Assembly: GCF_048403405.1 (NCBI RefSeq)
Contig: NZ_CP183129.1
Direction: 5' to 3' (one strand)
DNA: 64,000 nucleotides
Origin: Escherichia coli
Lineage (GTDB): Bacteria; Pseudomonadota; Gammaproteobacteria; Enterobacterales; Enterobacteriaceae
Position numbers and translations under genes: made by a program
Notes under the pieces: model-generated
Told to the model about the DNA's origin: nothing
What the model saw: the letters and a program-made list of their open reading frames with translations, nothing else
Database searches by the model: none
In this document: one piece after another, positions 33,526-42,438 of the stretch
Layout: each line of letters begins with the position of its first letter
Numbering within the stretch: the stretch's first letter is position 1

Positions 33526-34059
33526 TTATTTGTCAATTCCCCAGCACGCCAGCGCGCTCTCCTGGTCACGCCGTGAGACCTGTCCATAGCAGTTATTTGA
33601 ACGAATACGGCAGTCTCTGCCACCGTCCTTAATCCACCAGCGAATCGCCTCACATGCTCCCCTGCGATCGCCAGCATTAATTCGTCTGTAAAACGTCGAC
33701 GGGAAACACTTACCGGGACCAATGTTGTACGGACAGAATGACGCGATCCCCGCTTTCTGGGGTTCGGTCAATGGCACTTTGATGTTTTTCTCCACCCATG
33801 CCAGCGCCTTATCACGCTCAATGGCGTTAACCCGGTCGCATTTTTCCTTCGACAACTTCATGCCCGGAACGACAGGTTTGCCATCCACCAGGATGGCACC
33901 GCGGCAGATGGTCCAGATACCCGCGCCATCACGGTATGCCGTGGTGTGGTTACCTTCCTTTTCATCCAGAAACTGGTCGAGAATGTCAGGCGCAGGCGCA
34001 CCAGCGGCAATCAGCGCCAGAACGGCAGCCGACAGGCCGTATCTGATTTTTGCGTTCAT
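33526..34059 (-). CDS. R: SAR endolysin (GH24 lysozyme, R)
   Basis: 177 aa; N-terminal signal-anchor YGLSAAVLALIAAGA, catalytic E-x8-D-x5-T (EGNHTTAYRDGAGIWT). Confidence 0.85.
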   Translation of the reverse strand: MNAKIRYGLSAAVLALIAAGAPAPDILDQFLDEKEGNHTTAYRDGAGIWTICRGAILVDGKPVVPGMKLSKEKCDRVNAIERDKALAWVEKNIKVPLTEPQKAGIASFCPYNIGPGKCFPSTFYRRINAGDRRGACEAIRWWIKDGGRDCRIRSNNCYGQVSRRDQESALACWGIDK

Positions 34060-34164
34060 GGATATTTATCAGGATTTATCGGTTTCTGAGCCCTGGATAT
34101 GTTTATCAGTTCCAGCCTGTTGCCTCAGGCTGCTAACAGGTCAATACAATCATGAGGATTATTT

Positions 34165-34437
34165 ATGGACAATAACACCATTTCTCTACAGGAGTTGCTC
34201 GACAGCATTTCCAGGCTTCGGGAAGACGTGAATACCCTTACCGTCGCCTTCTCATATCTGGCATTCTCAATTCCAAGGGAACAGATGCAATCAACGCTGG
34301 CATCAATCCAGTTTGAATCATGCAATCCCAAATGGTCTCAGGAACAACAAGACTCTTTCAGGCGGCTTGCTGTATTACTGGATGAAAAATATGCTGGTAA
34401 AATTACCATTTCGGCGGACTCTTCAGAGAACCCGTAA
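34165..34437 (+). CDS. Hypothetical protein, opposite strand inside the lysis cassette
   Basis: 90 aa ORF with GAGGA RBS 7 nt upstream of ATG; 3' end overlaps the convergent gene 34403..34747. Confidence 0.35.
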   Translation: MDNNTISLQELLDSISRLREDVNTLTVAFSYLAFSIPREQMQSTLASIQFESCNPKWSQEQQDSFRRLAVLLDEKYAGKITISADSSENP

Positions 34438-34747
34438 TTATTCCCGGTAGTTTTCCTCTGTAGGTTATCAACACATCCTGCGCCTCTAAAATTACGGGGC
34501 GCTTTTCCGGCGACTGCTCATCCCCTTCACATAACCCGGCAGCAACATCCAGGAAGACCTGTCTGATGCTCCTTCTGGCTGCTGCCTCATAAAACTCCAG
34601 CGCGGCACCTTCAACACGGTCCAGCGAGATGTCCAGGTCAAAAATTTCACCGTCAAAGCGTTTTTTGTCCCGTAACGCTAAAGTTACCGTAACTTTATTC
34701 TCAAAATTGCGGATCCCTTTCACAATCAGTTTATAGTTTTGAGTCAT
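34403..34747 (-). CDS. Uncharacterized lysis-cassette protein (YdfR-like position between holin and endolysin)
   Basis: 114 aa ORF; start 4 nt after the S stop with RBS inside the S 3' end. Confidence 0.6.
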   Translation of the reverse strand: MTQNYKLIVKGIRNFENKVTVTLALRDKKRFDGEIFDLDISLDRVEGAALEFYEAAARRSIRQVFLDVAAGLCEGDEQSPEKRPVILEAQDVLITYRGKLPGIITGSLKSPPKW

Positions 34748-34751
34748 TGAA

Positions 34752-34967
34752 TTACTCTCCCCGTGCAGCCTTACGACGGTCCTCTCTGATTTTGAAATAC
34801 AGGTTAGTCAGATATGTCAGCAGCCCAAACAGCAGACTCCCCAGCACGCCTATTGCCGCCCACTGAGACGGGGAAACCCTGTCCAGCAACTGCAGGAACC
34901 AGTAGCCCGTTCCCACCGCTGACGTGGTGTATGACACACCTGTTGTGATTTTTTCCATCTGGTACAT
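34752..34967 (-). CDS. S: Pinholin S (phage 21 S21-type, dual start)
   Basis: [71 protein letters not shown]; two TM helices, M1/M4 dual-start motif. Confidence 0.85.
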   Translation of the reverse strand: MYQMEKITTGVSYTTSAVGTGYWFLQLLDRVSPSQWAAIGVLGSLLFGLLTYLTNLYFKIREDRRKAARGE

Positions 34968-35117
34968 ACCCCGTCTCCCGTTATCCGGAAGCTGACAACA
35001 ATAAAAAAAGCCACCAGTTAAGTACTGATGGCTCTGATAACTCATGCAGGCATCTCAGACGACCCACTGACACTACCGGTGAGTTTAACGATACCTTCCA
35101 TTTGGCTGGCTCACTTT

Positions 35118-36971
35118 TTATGATGATGCCGGTGCATTTATCTCCAGCACCAGACTTTCTATCTCAACGCCATACGCTGCATTTTTGGTAATATCCGTCA
35201 GCGTCAGCGCATTCAGCCCCAGTGTCAGACTGTCTTTTATGACCTGGAATGCCGGGCCAGCCACTCCATTCAGTTTCGGAGTAACCGTGGCACTGCCGGC
35301 GGTGAACACCAGCTCCAGCGTCTGCCAGTCGTTACTGTAATTCCCGAACTCGCCCAACTTTGTGTTTCCTGCTTTCTTGTGATGCATCAGATTCAGTTTG
35401 CCGTCTGTGGTCTGGGTGAAGAACGACATCAGGAACGGGTTACCAGTCCCGGTCATCGCCACGACGTCAGGTAACGCTACATCGGTATACAGATAAATTC
35501 CCAGACCGAACTGATTGTTGGTCAGTGCGCCTGACAGTCGAAACTTACAGCTCAGTCTGCCACCCCGTGTCAGCAGGGAGACTGCGTCATCCACCGGGCG
35601 CGTCAGGGACCAGGCTTTATTGCTCTGCTTGGTGATCTTAAATACACCATCTGACAACTGAATTCCGCCATTCTTAATGCTCCAGCCCTGCGCAGCAGCG
35701 TCTCCGGCTGTCGGCAACAGGGAGATTGTGCGTATGGATGCATCTTCAGACGGCCCCGATGGCGTGTCGCCGCCGGGCGAGAGTTTGATTTCCGGTGCCT
35801 TACCACTAATGAAGGCTAAGGTGCGACCGGCTACGTTCAGAATAGCAGTTGCCATACGATCGGGAATAATGCCACGACGCGCCCATGAGCTGAAATGCGT
35901 CGGGCGATTTGATGATACCCAGTTTTTGTTCGTTCGGGATGCCGAACCGTAATAACCAGACCCGACAATATCAGGATCTTCTGACGGGTTGTTTGTCGGT
36001 GTATTAACTCCGCTACCATCGGTCATAAAGGGAACAAAATAAATCTGCTGGGATTCTTTACCTTTATATGCACCATATACCACTTCATATTGCGTACCGT
36101 GTTCTTGTTTCCACGCGTATGTCGTGTCGCCACAAATCCAGGGGACTGATGCCGGACTTCCACCGTGACACTGCGCTGCCAGCCCGGCAAGGTCAGCACG
36201 GAACTGCTGTACCATTGCAAGAAATGCTGCTGGCTGCTGGGCGTAACTGGCATTCGTCATATCGAATTCCCCCTGCATCCAGCATATCGCCAGCAAAACG
36301 TTTTTCGGGTTTTTCTGCAATGCTGCCTTCGTGCGGAAAAGCAGATCCTGATATAACGGCTTACCCACTCCCCAGCGAGCCGAATCCTGACTGGCTCCCG
36401 TGGACTCGCTGAATGTCCCCTCCGTGCCCTGGGTGAATGCCGAACCACCACGACAGCATGGTACCAGCAGGATCCCCGCATTATTAGGGATATACGGAAG
36501 CAGTTTTTTGGCAATATGTAAGCCCTGTCCGACACAGCCGTACTGCCCTTTGCTCAGGTCAGCCCGGGGATGGTTAATCGTACTCATATCCTGAACATCA
36601 TGCAGACAATGGTCAGCAGGAATGATGTCGTTAAATACGCATACTTCACCACCGGGAGTCACTGTGTTACGACGGGCCAGTTGCTTAATGCGCGGATGGG
36701 GCGCATCGTATGAATCCGGAAGCGGAAGCCCTTCACCGTAAGCCATGGCATTGGATTGCCCGGCCAGTACGATGACGTAGTACCACTCCGGCTCAGTTGC
36801 ACCACTGACGACCACATCACCTTCTGCTGCAATCGCCTGCATCAGGGTATAAGGGGTTATGGCCACCGGACTACCAAACGGCTGCCAGCCCTCCTTCAGT
36901 TTTTGTGTCAGTCGTTTCGCAAGGTCTGACGGCGATGCCGCCCTGACCACGTCATAGTGTTTAAATGCCAT
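35118..36971 (-). CDS. nanS: Prophage sialate O-acetylesterase NanS-p-like (SGNH hydrolase)
   Basis: 617 aa; SGNH block I VLAGQSNAMAYG; sits upstream of the lysis genes as in Stx-type phages. Confidence 0.75.
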   Translation of the reverse strand: MAFKHYDVVRAASPSDLAKRLTQKLKEGWQPFGSPVAITPYTLMQAIAAEGDVVVSGATEPEWYYVIVLAGQSNAMAYGEGLPLPDSYDAPHPRIKQLARRNTVTPGGEVCVFNDIIPADHCLHDVQDMSTINHPRADLSKGQYGCVGQGLHIAKKLLPYIPNNAGILLVPCCRGGSAFTQGTEGTFSESTGASQDSARWGVGKPLYQDLLFRTKAALQKNPKNVLLAICWMQGEFDMTNASYAQQPAAFLAMVQQFRADLAGLAAQCHGGSPASVPWICGDTTYAWKQEHGTQYEVVYGAYKGKESQQIYFVPFMTDGSGVNTPTNNPSEDPDIVGSGYYGSASRTNKNWVSSNRPTHFSSWARRGIIPDRMATAILNVAGRTLAFISGKAPEIKLSPGGDTPSGPSEDASIRTISLLPTAGDAAAQGWSIKNGGIQLSDGVFKITKQSNKAWSLTRPVDDAVSLLTRGGRLSCKFRLSGALTNNQFGLGIYLYTDVALPDVVAMTGTGNPFLMSFFTQTTDGKLNLMHHKKAGNTKLGEFGNYSNDWQTLELVFTAGSATVTPKLNGVAGPAFQVIKDSLTLGLNALTLTDITKNAAYGVEIESLVLEINAPASS

Positions 36972-37199
36972 GAATCCTCCCGGGCGGGATAATGTTGTGA
37001 GTCAGATAAGGAGCAGGCTGAAGTCCGGAAGTTACAGGACAATGGCAGAAGGGAGACTACAGCCCGCAATTCGAAAAAGACCGCGCAGTTGCGCAGAGTG
37101 ATTACTATGGGGTATTATTCGCCAGCTGAAATATTACTTCACGTTTTATTGTTTATTCCTTGCCGCCCGCGTCTCCCAGCGCGGGCTTTTTTTGTCCAT

Positions 37200-37440
37200 A
37201 AGAAAGCCCCTCCGGAGAGGGGCTAAAGCCGCGTATCTGTATCATCATGCACATGGTGCCGGGTGCCTCCCGGTGAGTTCAGCCCGGTGCCACTAAACCC
37301 GCGTCATTCTCGTTTTGATAATCAGAGATTATACCGTCACCAGTCGCCCCTCCGCTCAGGGGGATTCACCATGCGAAATTTTTTTAACAAATGCCCAGTC
37401 TGACAGGCAACTGTCAACTTACTGAATTGTGAGCAACATA
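37200..37440. repeat. Structured repeat copy 1 (~240 bp) in the tRNA-to-nanS spacer
   Basis: Shares blocks aaagcccctccggagaggggct, catggtgccgggtgcctcccggtga, gcccctccgc.cagggggattcaccatgc, ctgaattgtgag with copy 2. Confidence 0.75.
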
Positions 37441-37685
37441 GCATTTAACGGGGAACCTGTTTTCTGCAGTAAAAAGGCCCACCGGAGCGGATGGGCCTGG
37501 AAGGATAGCGGTCATGTGATGCCGGTTTCCCGGTAACTCAGCACCGGTATCTGAGTCAACGTTTTCTCTACTGGGTCATTTCCGATACGCCCTGCCTGCT
37601 GACAGGCTTTCATCACATCTGAAAATATAGCACCCTGACTGATACTGTAGTACCTAAGGTTCCAGAAACTGTGATGTATCCGGCA

Positions 37686-37905
37686 CAGAAAAGCCCCTCC
37701 GGAGAGGGGCTGGAGAGTGGCGCTATGTGCCATTGCATGGTGCCGGGTGCCTCCCGGTGAATTCAGTACCAGCACCTGAATCCGCGATTATCCCATATAC
37801 CTACTCGCTGATTGCCCCTCCGCACAGGGGGATTCACCATGCCAGTTTCTTTTAACAAACTCCCCGCAAACCAGACAACAGTCAACCGCCTGAATTGTGA
37901 GACAT
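37686..37905. repeat. Structured repeat copy 2 (~220 bp)
   Basis: Paralogous to 37200-37440 with the same conserved hairpins. Confidence 0.75.
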
Positions 37906-37946
37906 TTAAAAAAAAGCCCGCAAAAGCGAGCCAGGGAAAATAAGTG

Positions 37947-38023
37947 TGGCGCGTTGTACTGGATTCGAACCAGTGACCGATTGCTTAGAAGGCAATTGCT
38001 CTGTCCGGCTGAGCTAACAACGC
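37947..38023 (-). tRNA. argO: tRNA-Arg (anticodon TCT)
   Basis: Clean cloverleaf read by hand: acceptor gcgttgt/acaacgc, D-stem gctc/gagc, anticodon loop cttctaa, T-loop ttcgaat, 3' CCA encoded. Confidence 0.85.
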
Positions 38024-38036
38024 AGGATACAGATAA

Positions 38037-38113
38037 TGGACCGCCTTCGGGGACCCGAACTCCGCGCAACCAGCTTCGAAGGCTGGCGCTCTTTCCTGAT
38101 GAGCTAATGGCGG
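38037..38113 (-). tRNA. tRNA-like gene, possibly tRNA-Arg (anticodon TCG), imperfect stems
   Basis: Cloverleaf can be drawn (anticodon loop cttcgaa) but acceptor and T stems each have a mismatch and the T-loop lacks the usual A58. Confidence 0.5.
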
Positions 38114-38120
38114 TATGTGA

Positions 38121-38196
38121 TGGTGGCCCTTGCTGGATTTGAACCAGCGACCTGGCGATTATGAGTCGCTCGCTCTCACCACTGAGCTAAAGGGCC
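38121..38196 (-). tRNA. ileZ: tRNA-Ile2-type (anticodon CAT)
   Basis: ggccctttagctcagtggtgagagc...ctcataa...ggttcaaatccagcaagggccacca; closely resembles ileX-type tRNA. Confidence 0.85.
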
Positions 38197-38245
38197 GGAA
38201 GCAGAATAATAATGGTGCGTAATTAATTCTGCAATCTCATCCGTT

Positions 38246-38572
38246 TCAAACGATTAAATCCTGAACTTCCCTGACTGTCTGCTCAAAACGTCCGGTCTCC
38301 AGTTCAACGCCAATCGCACGACGCCCGAGCGCCAGTGCCGCTTTTACCGTTGAACCTGAGCCCATAAAAAAATCTGCAACCAGGTCTCCCGGACGACTGC
38401 TTGCGCTGATTATCTGCTGCAGCATTTCTGCCGGTTTTTCGCACGGATGTTTCCCGGGATAGAACTGCACCGGTTTATGCGTCCAGACATCGGTATACGG
38501 CACCTGCGCTGTCACGCCAAAATACCGCCGCAGTCGGCATTCACAACCACAAGCGTGTTTAACGTACTGCAC
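38246..38572 (-). pseudogene. 3' remnant of a beta-class N6/N4 DNA methyltransferase gene
   Basis: 108 aa ORF holds only the C-terminal SAM-binding motif (DLVADFFMGSGSTVKAA...IGVE); no DPPY-containing N-terminal part and no room for it upstream. Confidence 0.65.
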
Positions 38573-38682
38573 AGCTTTTCAGACATAAAAAGGCCGCCTG
38601 ATAGCAGCCTTTTCACATTAAAATTAAGTTTTTCTTTACTCTGTAGTATGGGAAATTAGCATTCCCTACTGGGTTTATACAA

Positions 38683-39426
38683 CTAATCTGACGTCACACG
38701 CACCATTATACTTACTAAAGAAAAGTCATCATCAGGTCCGGCTCTCTCTATACGACGCAAAATACCATTAGAAAACTTCTGACTATTACTCATAGTATTT
38801 GATGTAAATCTGGGGCGTTTTTCCCAAACGTTATGAACTCCATCAGACATGATACACAGATGATACAACCCGTTAATACCAGGCAAATCTTTCCACGGGA
38901 TAAAATCACAGTCGTATTCCATATCAACATTTGAGGCTATGGCAGTCGTTAAGATATTTTTTCCCGGTTTATTCTTCAAATCTCTGGGTTTAAAAATATT
39001 CTGATCAATTAACATCTGATGTCTGGTATCGTCCTTCGTCAATTGATATGCTTTCTTTTCTCCAATGCAATACAAGCGACAATCACCAATATGACCAATA
39101 ATAATTCCGCTATCACAAACATAACAAAAGGTAAGTGTAGTAGCAGCTTTATCGAACTCATCATTAACTTCAGCTAACGACATAACTTTTCGCTTAACTT
39201 CAGCAAATACATTCGGAACTGCATCAAAAGATAAACTTGTCAATGCTGAAAGTTCAGCGATTGCCATGGATGAAGCATAACTGGCACCAGAGTATGAACC
39301 TACACCATCAGCTACGGCAAATAAGATGCCGTCTCCTACAATTTTTGGAGGAAGCAATGAATCTTCGTTGACCCTACCTGGTTCTTTTGGATACGAGAAT
39401 GATGAAGTCGCTATCAGCTGAATCAT
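38683..39426 (-). CDS. PP2C-family (PPM) Ser/Thr protein phosphatase
   Basis: 247 aa; PPM motifs NEDS, AVADGVGS, GDCRLY, IMSDGVHNV, DDDFSLV; AAGGAG RBS; AT-rich. Confidence 0.8.
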   Translation of the reverse strand: MIQLIATSSFSYPKEPGRVNEDSLLPPKIVGDGILFAVADGVGSYSGASYASSMAIAELSALTSLSFDAVPNVFAEVKRKVMSLAEVNDEFDKAATTLTFCYVCDSGIIIGHIGDCRLYCIGEKKAYQLTKDDTRHQMLIDQNIFKPRDLKNKPGKNILTTAIASNVDMEYDCDFIPWKDLPGINGLYHLCIMSDGVHNVWEKRPRFTSNTMSNSQKFSNGILRRIERAGPDDDFSLVSIMVRVTSD

Positions 39427-39529
39427 GACTCACTCCTTAAAAAAGAATGCGCAAAATCAAACGCCACATCATCTATTGTCTGATATCTATCATCTTTATC
39501 CATCCTTGTGCACTTAGCTATGATAGGCT

Positions 39530-40186
39530 TTATTTTTTATCATCTAAATTTAAGTCTTCAATTAACCGTCCCACAGCATAAACATCAGTCTTAACTGAAT
39601 ACTCTGCATTATATAAAATCTCGGGAGCCATATATCTTGTACTTCCCATACGGGTACCGATCTCGGTCAATTTAGTGGTATCCCCTTCGGGATTCGTATC
39701 TTTTACCAGACCAAAATCAGACACCTTGTATGTTCCGTCGCTAAATCGCAAAACATTAAAGGGTTTTATATCTCTGTGTAAATAGCCTTTGGCATGGATG
39801 TAAGCTACACCATCTAATACCATTTTCACTATTGAAATTTTTTGATCTGTTGTAAGAAGGTTGTTCGTTATTTCGTGCTCAAGATCACATTCTGCTTTAT
39901 CCATAATGAACCATGGATTCTCAACAAACAAATCGCACAAATAAATAGGAACAATATTGCTATGTACGCAATGTGATTGATACACAACCTCCCTTTTAAA
40001 ACGCCTTCTAAACTGCTCTATTTGCGCCAAAAGCTCTGGTTTTTCGGGTGCTAAAACCTTTCTAGCATAATCCCCGCATTCACCTTTATTGAGGTTGTAA
40101 ACCTTAACGTGTTCAACAAAGCCAAATGCCCCTCTTCCAATCAACTGAATTCGTTTTATAAAGTAATTACCGTGCTGTTCTTCCAT
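39530..40186 (-). CDS. Hanks-type Ser/Thr protein kinase (compact, ~219 aa)
   Basis: G-loop GRGAFGFV, Lys in YARKVL, catalytic loop HRDIKPFN, SDFG, MAPE, TDVYAVG; start set at MEEQ with GGTGAG RBS (track ORF extends to 40261); AT-rich. Confidence 0.8.
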   Translation of the reverse strand: MEEQHGNYFIKRIQLIGRGAFGFVEHVKVYNLNKGECGDYARKVLAPEKPELLAQIEQFRRRFKREVVYQSHCVHSNIVPIYLCDLFVENPWFIMDKAECDLEHEITNNLLTTDQKISIVKMVLDGVAYIHAKGYLHRDIKPFNVLRFSDGTYKVSDFGLVKDTNPEGDTTKLTEIGTRMGSTRYMAPEILYNAEYSVKTDVYAVGRLIEDLNLDDKK

Positions 40187-40260
40187 TAAGCTCACCGACC
40201 TAAATTGTAACAATATCCATATATTACAACTACAGATAAAAAGGTCCACAGAGTTAAGCA

Positions 40261-40290
40261 AAAAACCCGCACATTTGAGCGGGTTTATAC
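40261..40290 (-). terminator. tR'-like intrinsic terminator downstream of the late promoter
   Basis: On the late strand cccgctcaaatgtgcggg followed by TTTTTT. Confidence 0.65.
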
Positions 40291-40321
40291 ACTTTACAGC
40301 AATATATCACATTTACATAAA

Positions 40322-40350
40322 ATATATGCTATCTAATTGACTTTTGCAAT
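40322..40350 (-). promoter_or_regulatory. Late promoter pR'-like
   Basis: Late strand -35 TTGCAA, 17 bp spacer, -10 TATATT, about 50 nt upstream of the terminator, overlapping the Q-like gene 3' end. Confidence 0.55.
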
Positions 40351-41028
40351 ATCTCGCTGCAAAAATGCCGCTTTTTGTTGAGATCTCCTTTTCACAGTGC
40401 AAATCAGAGATTCGGTATCGAGGTTCATAAAAATGTCGAGTATTTCACGCCAGTAGCTCACATAATTGTGGCTCCAGTTGTCAGGCTTAATCCCACACAG
40501 ACGGGCAAGCTCCTGTTGCTGGTAGATATCATGTCCTATAACCCATCTCCTGACATCCTGTGCAGCCAGCCAGATTAATTTTTTCAGGCGTTCCTGTGTC
40601 TTCCCTGCAATTTTCCTGGTACCAGAGTGAGTCTTAAATTCTGTCCATGCCCACTGCGTTATCGCGATCTGATACTCCCAGCAAGTATTTCCGCTGTAAC
40701 ACCACAACAACCAGGCTTTATGATGTTCTTCAAGAGACAAAACAGCCCGCCGCCATGATGATGTAGAAAAAGCAACCTGACTGACCAGAGGAATTGACGT
40801 CCCCTTCGCCAGCGATTGTTTTCCCGGGATTGGTGGATTATCCCGCGTTATCATTTTTCCGGTCACTTCATCGCGGTACCGGATTTTTTTACGCCTGTAA
40901 CGCCCTGTATCGAACATGGCATTCTCCTGCCAGGCTTCAAGCTGACCTTTTGTTGCCCCACTCAAATCAGCGGTGGCGATAATGAGCTGCTCACGCACAA
41001 ACTGTAAATACTGGTTATTCATGCGCAC
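40333..41028 (-). CDS. Putative late-gene antiterminator (Q-like by position)
   Basis: 231 aa ORF directly upstream of the pR'/tR' unit and downstream of rusA. Confidence 0.45.
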   Translation of the reverse strand: MRMNNQYLQFVREQLIIATADLSGATKGQLEAWQENAMFDTGRYRRKKIRYRDEVTGKMITRDNPPIPGKQSLAKGTSIPLVSQVAFSTSSWRRAVLSLEEHHKAWLLWCYSGNTCWEYQIAITQWAWTEFKTHSGTRKIAGKTQERLKKLIWLAAQDVRRWVIGHDIYQQQELARLCGIKPDNWSHNYVSYWREILDIFMNLDTESLICTVKRRSQQKAAFLQRDIAKVN

Positions 41029-41378
41029 TCCAGTTCTGTGATTTTTATCCCCAGCCGCCCACCAGGAACGAGCTGACCGCGCACAATATTGATTTCATCA
41101 AACTGCTCGTCGTCTATAAGTAGTCCGGCATGCGTCAGCGCATCCAGTGGTGCCTTCAGGATATTGTCCAGGTCGCGGCGGCGCTTATCCGGTGGCTCTG
41201 CAATCACCTTTATCGCCAGCCTTCCGGACAGGCTTAATTTCAGCCGCTGCTGGCGAACAATAAGCGCCACAGCCCGGCGATAACGCTTTCCCTCCTCCGA
41301 GATAAAATATGTGCTGCCACGGCGTCGCCAGTAAGTGTTCACCGTCGGCGGGTAAGGTAAAACCAAATCTATGAGCAT
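41019..41378 (-). CDS. rusA: Holliday junction resolvase RusA
   Basis: 119 aa; ...PPDKRRRDLDNILKAPLDALTHAGLLIDDEQ... RusA signature. Confidence 0.85.
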   Translation of the reverse strand: MLIDLVLPYPPTVNTYWRRRGSTYFISEEGKRYRRAVALIVRQQRLKLSLSGRLAIKVIAEPPDKRRRDLDNILKAPLDALTHAGLLIDDEQFDEINIVRGQLVPGGRLGIKITELECA

Positions 41379-41390
41379 CAGTCACCTCTT

Positions 41391-42437
41391 TTACCCAAGC
41401 ACGCCAGTTGCAAAGGCGTGATCAAGAAAACGAAAAATTAAATCAACCTGAGAACCATGCTTTTCTTCGAACGCCAGAGGATCCGCATGAAGCTCGTTGT
41501 GATGCTCCCGACACAGCGGTAGCGTGAAAATATCGTGAGATTTTGTCCCCATTCCGCCCTGACCATGACCAATCAGGTGATGGGGATCGTCGGCTGGCTT
41601 ACCACAACACGCACACGGCTGTGTCTTCACCCAGCGTGTGTATTTCTCGTTAACCCAGCGGCGACGTTTAGGTCGTTTCATGAAAGATTCCGGAGACTCA
41701 GGATCAACGGCAATGCTGACCACCGTCTCTTCCTGTGGCGGGTTTTGCTGGTGGGCGTGAGGCAGCGGCGCAAGATTTTTTGTGCGCTGCTTCAGTATGC
41801 TGGTGGCGGTCTGCTCTCCCGGTACGATGTCGCTTTCACGGTACATTGAGCGGATTTTTTCCGCACGCAACCCCAGCGAACGACGTAATACCGCTTCCGG
41901 TAGCGCGTCCGCCACCTGATTGCGGACCGCCCACCAGGATAATTCAGCCAGCGATAATTCCCGTTCCTGCGAGCCATTCATTGCATGGCGTATGACGTCA
42001 ATCATCCATGCAGACAGGTTTTGGTGAGCAAGTTGCCCGAGTGATTCGGAGGTCTGGTCGCGCAGCTGGTTGTCGCAGTGCCAGCACAACACCATTGCGC
42101 CGGTACCATAACGGTGAATGACGGTTTCACTGTGGTGATAATCGCCGTGTGGCCACTGGCAGGATTTAACATGGCGCAGTAACCAATCAGACAATGCGCC
42201 AGCGCCACCAGCAGCACGAATCACTCGTTCGTCGCTGAAAAATGGCAGTAATGATTTATCCTCCGCCAGCGGCTGGCGAACGGCAGGAACGACCCCGGAC
42301 GGCAGATTACGCATGCTTTTCGGTTCCGGCTCCACCAGTACCCGGGTATTGTGGAATACCGGCATGGATTCACGGCCCGGCTTAACGATCACCAGCCCGA
42401 GTTCCGGTACCAGAACAGGTCGAAGTAATACCCGCAC
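41391..42437 (-). CDS. DUF968/YdfU-like protein with C-terminal HNH-like zinc motif
   Basis: 348 aa; C-terminal CACCGKPADDPHHLIGHGQGGMGTKSHDIFTLPLCREHHNELH. Confidence 0.6.
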   Translation of the reverse strand: MRVLLRPVLVPELGLVIVKPGRESMPVFHNTRVLVEPEPKSMRNLPSGVVPAVRQPLAEDKSLLPFFSDERVIRAAGGAGALSDWLLRHVKSCQWPHGDYHHSETVIHRYGTGAMVLCWHCDNQLRDQTSESLGQLAHQNLSAWMIDVIRHAMNGSQERELSLAELSWWAVRNQVADALPEAVLRRSLGLRAEKIRSMYRESDIVPGEQTATSILKQRTKNLAPLPHAHQQNPPQEETVVSIAVDPESPESFMKRPKRRRWVNEKYTRWVKTQPCACCGKPADDPHHLIGHGQGGMGTKSHDIFTLPLCREHHNELHADPLAFEEKHGSQVDLIFRFLDHAFATGVLG

Positions 42438-42438
42438 G

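Noticed and set aside
36972-37946. Looked for stx (Shiga toxin) genes in the slot between the phage tRNAs and nanS-p
   Set aside because: No ORF of suitable size or sequence; the slot is occupied by non-coding structured repeats
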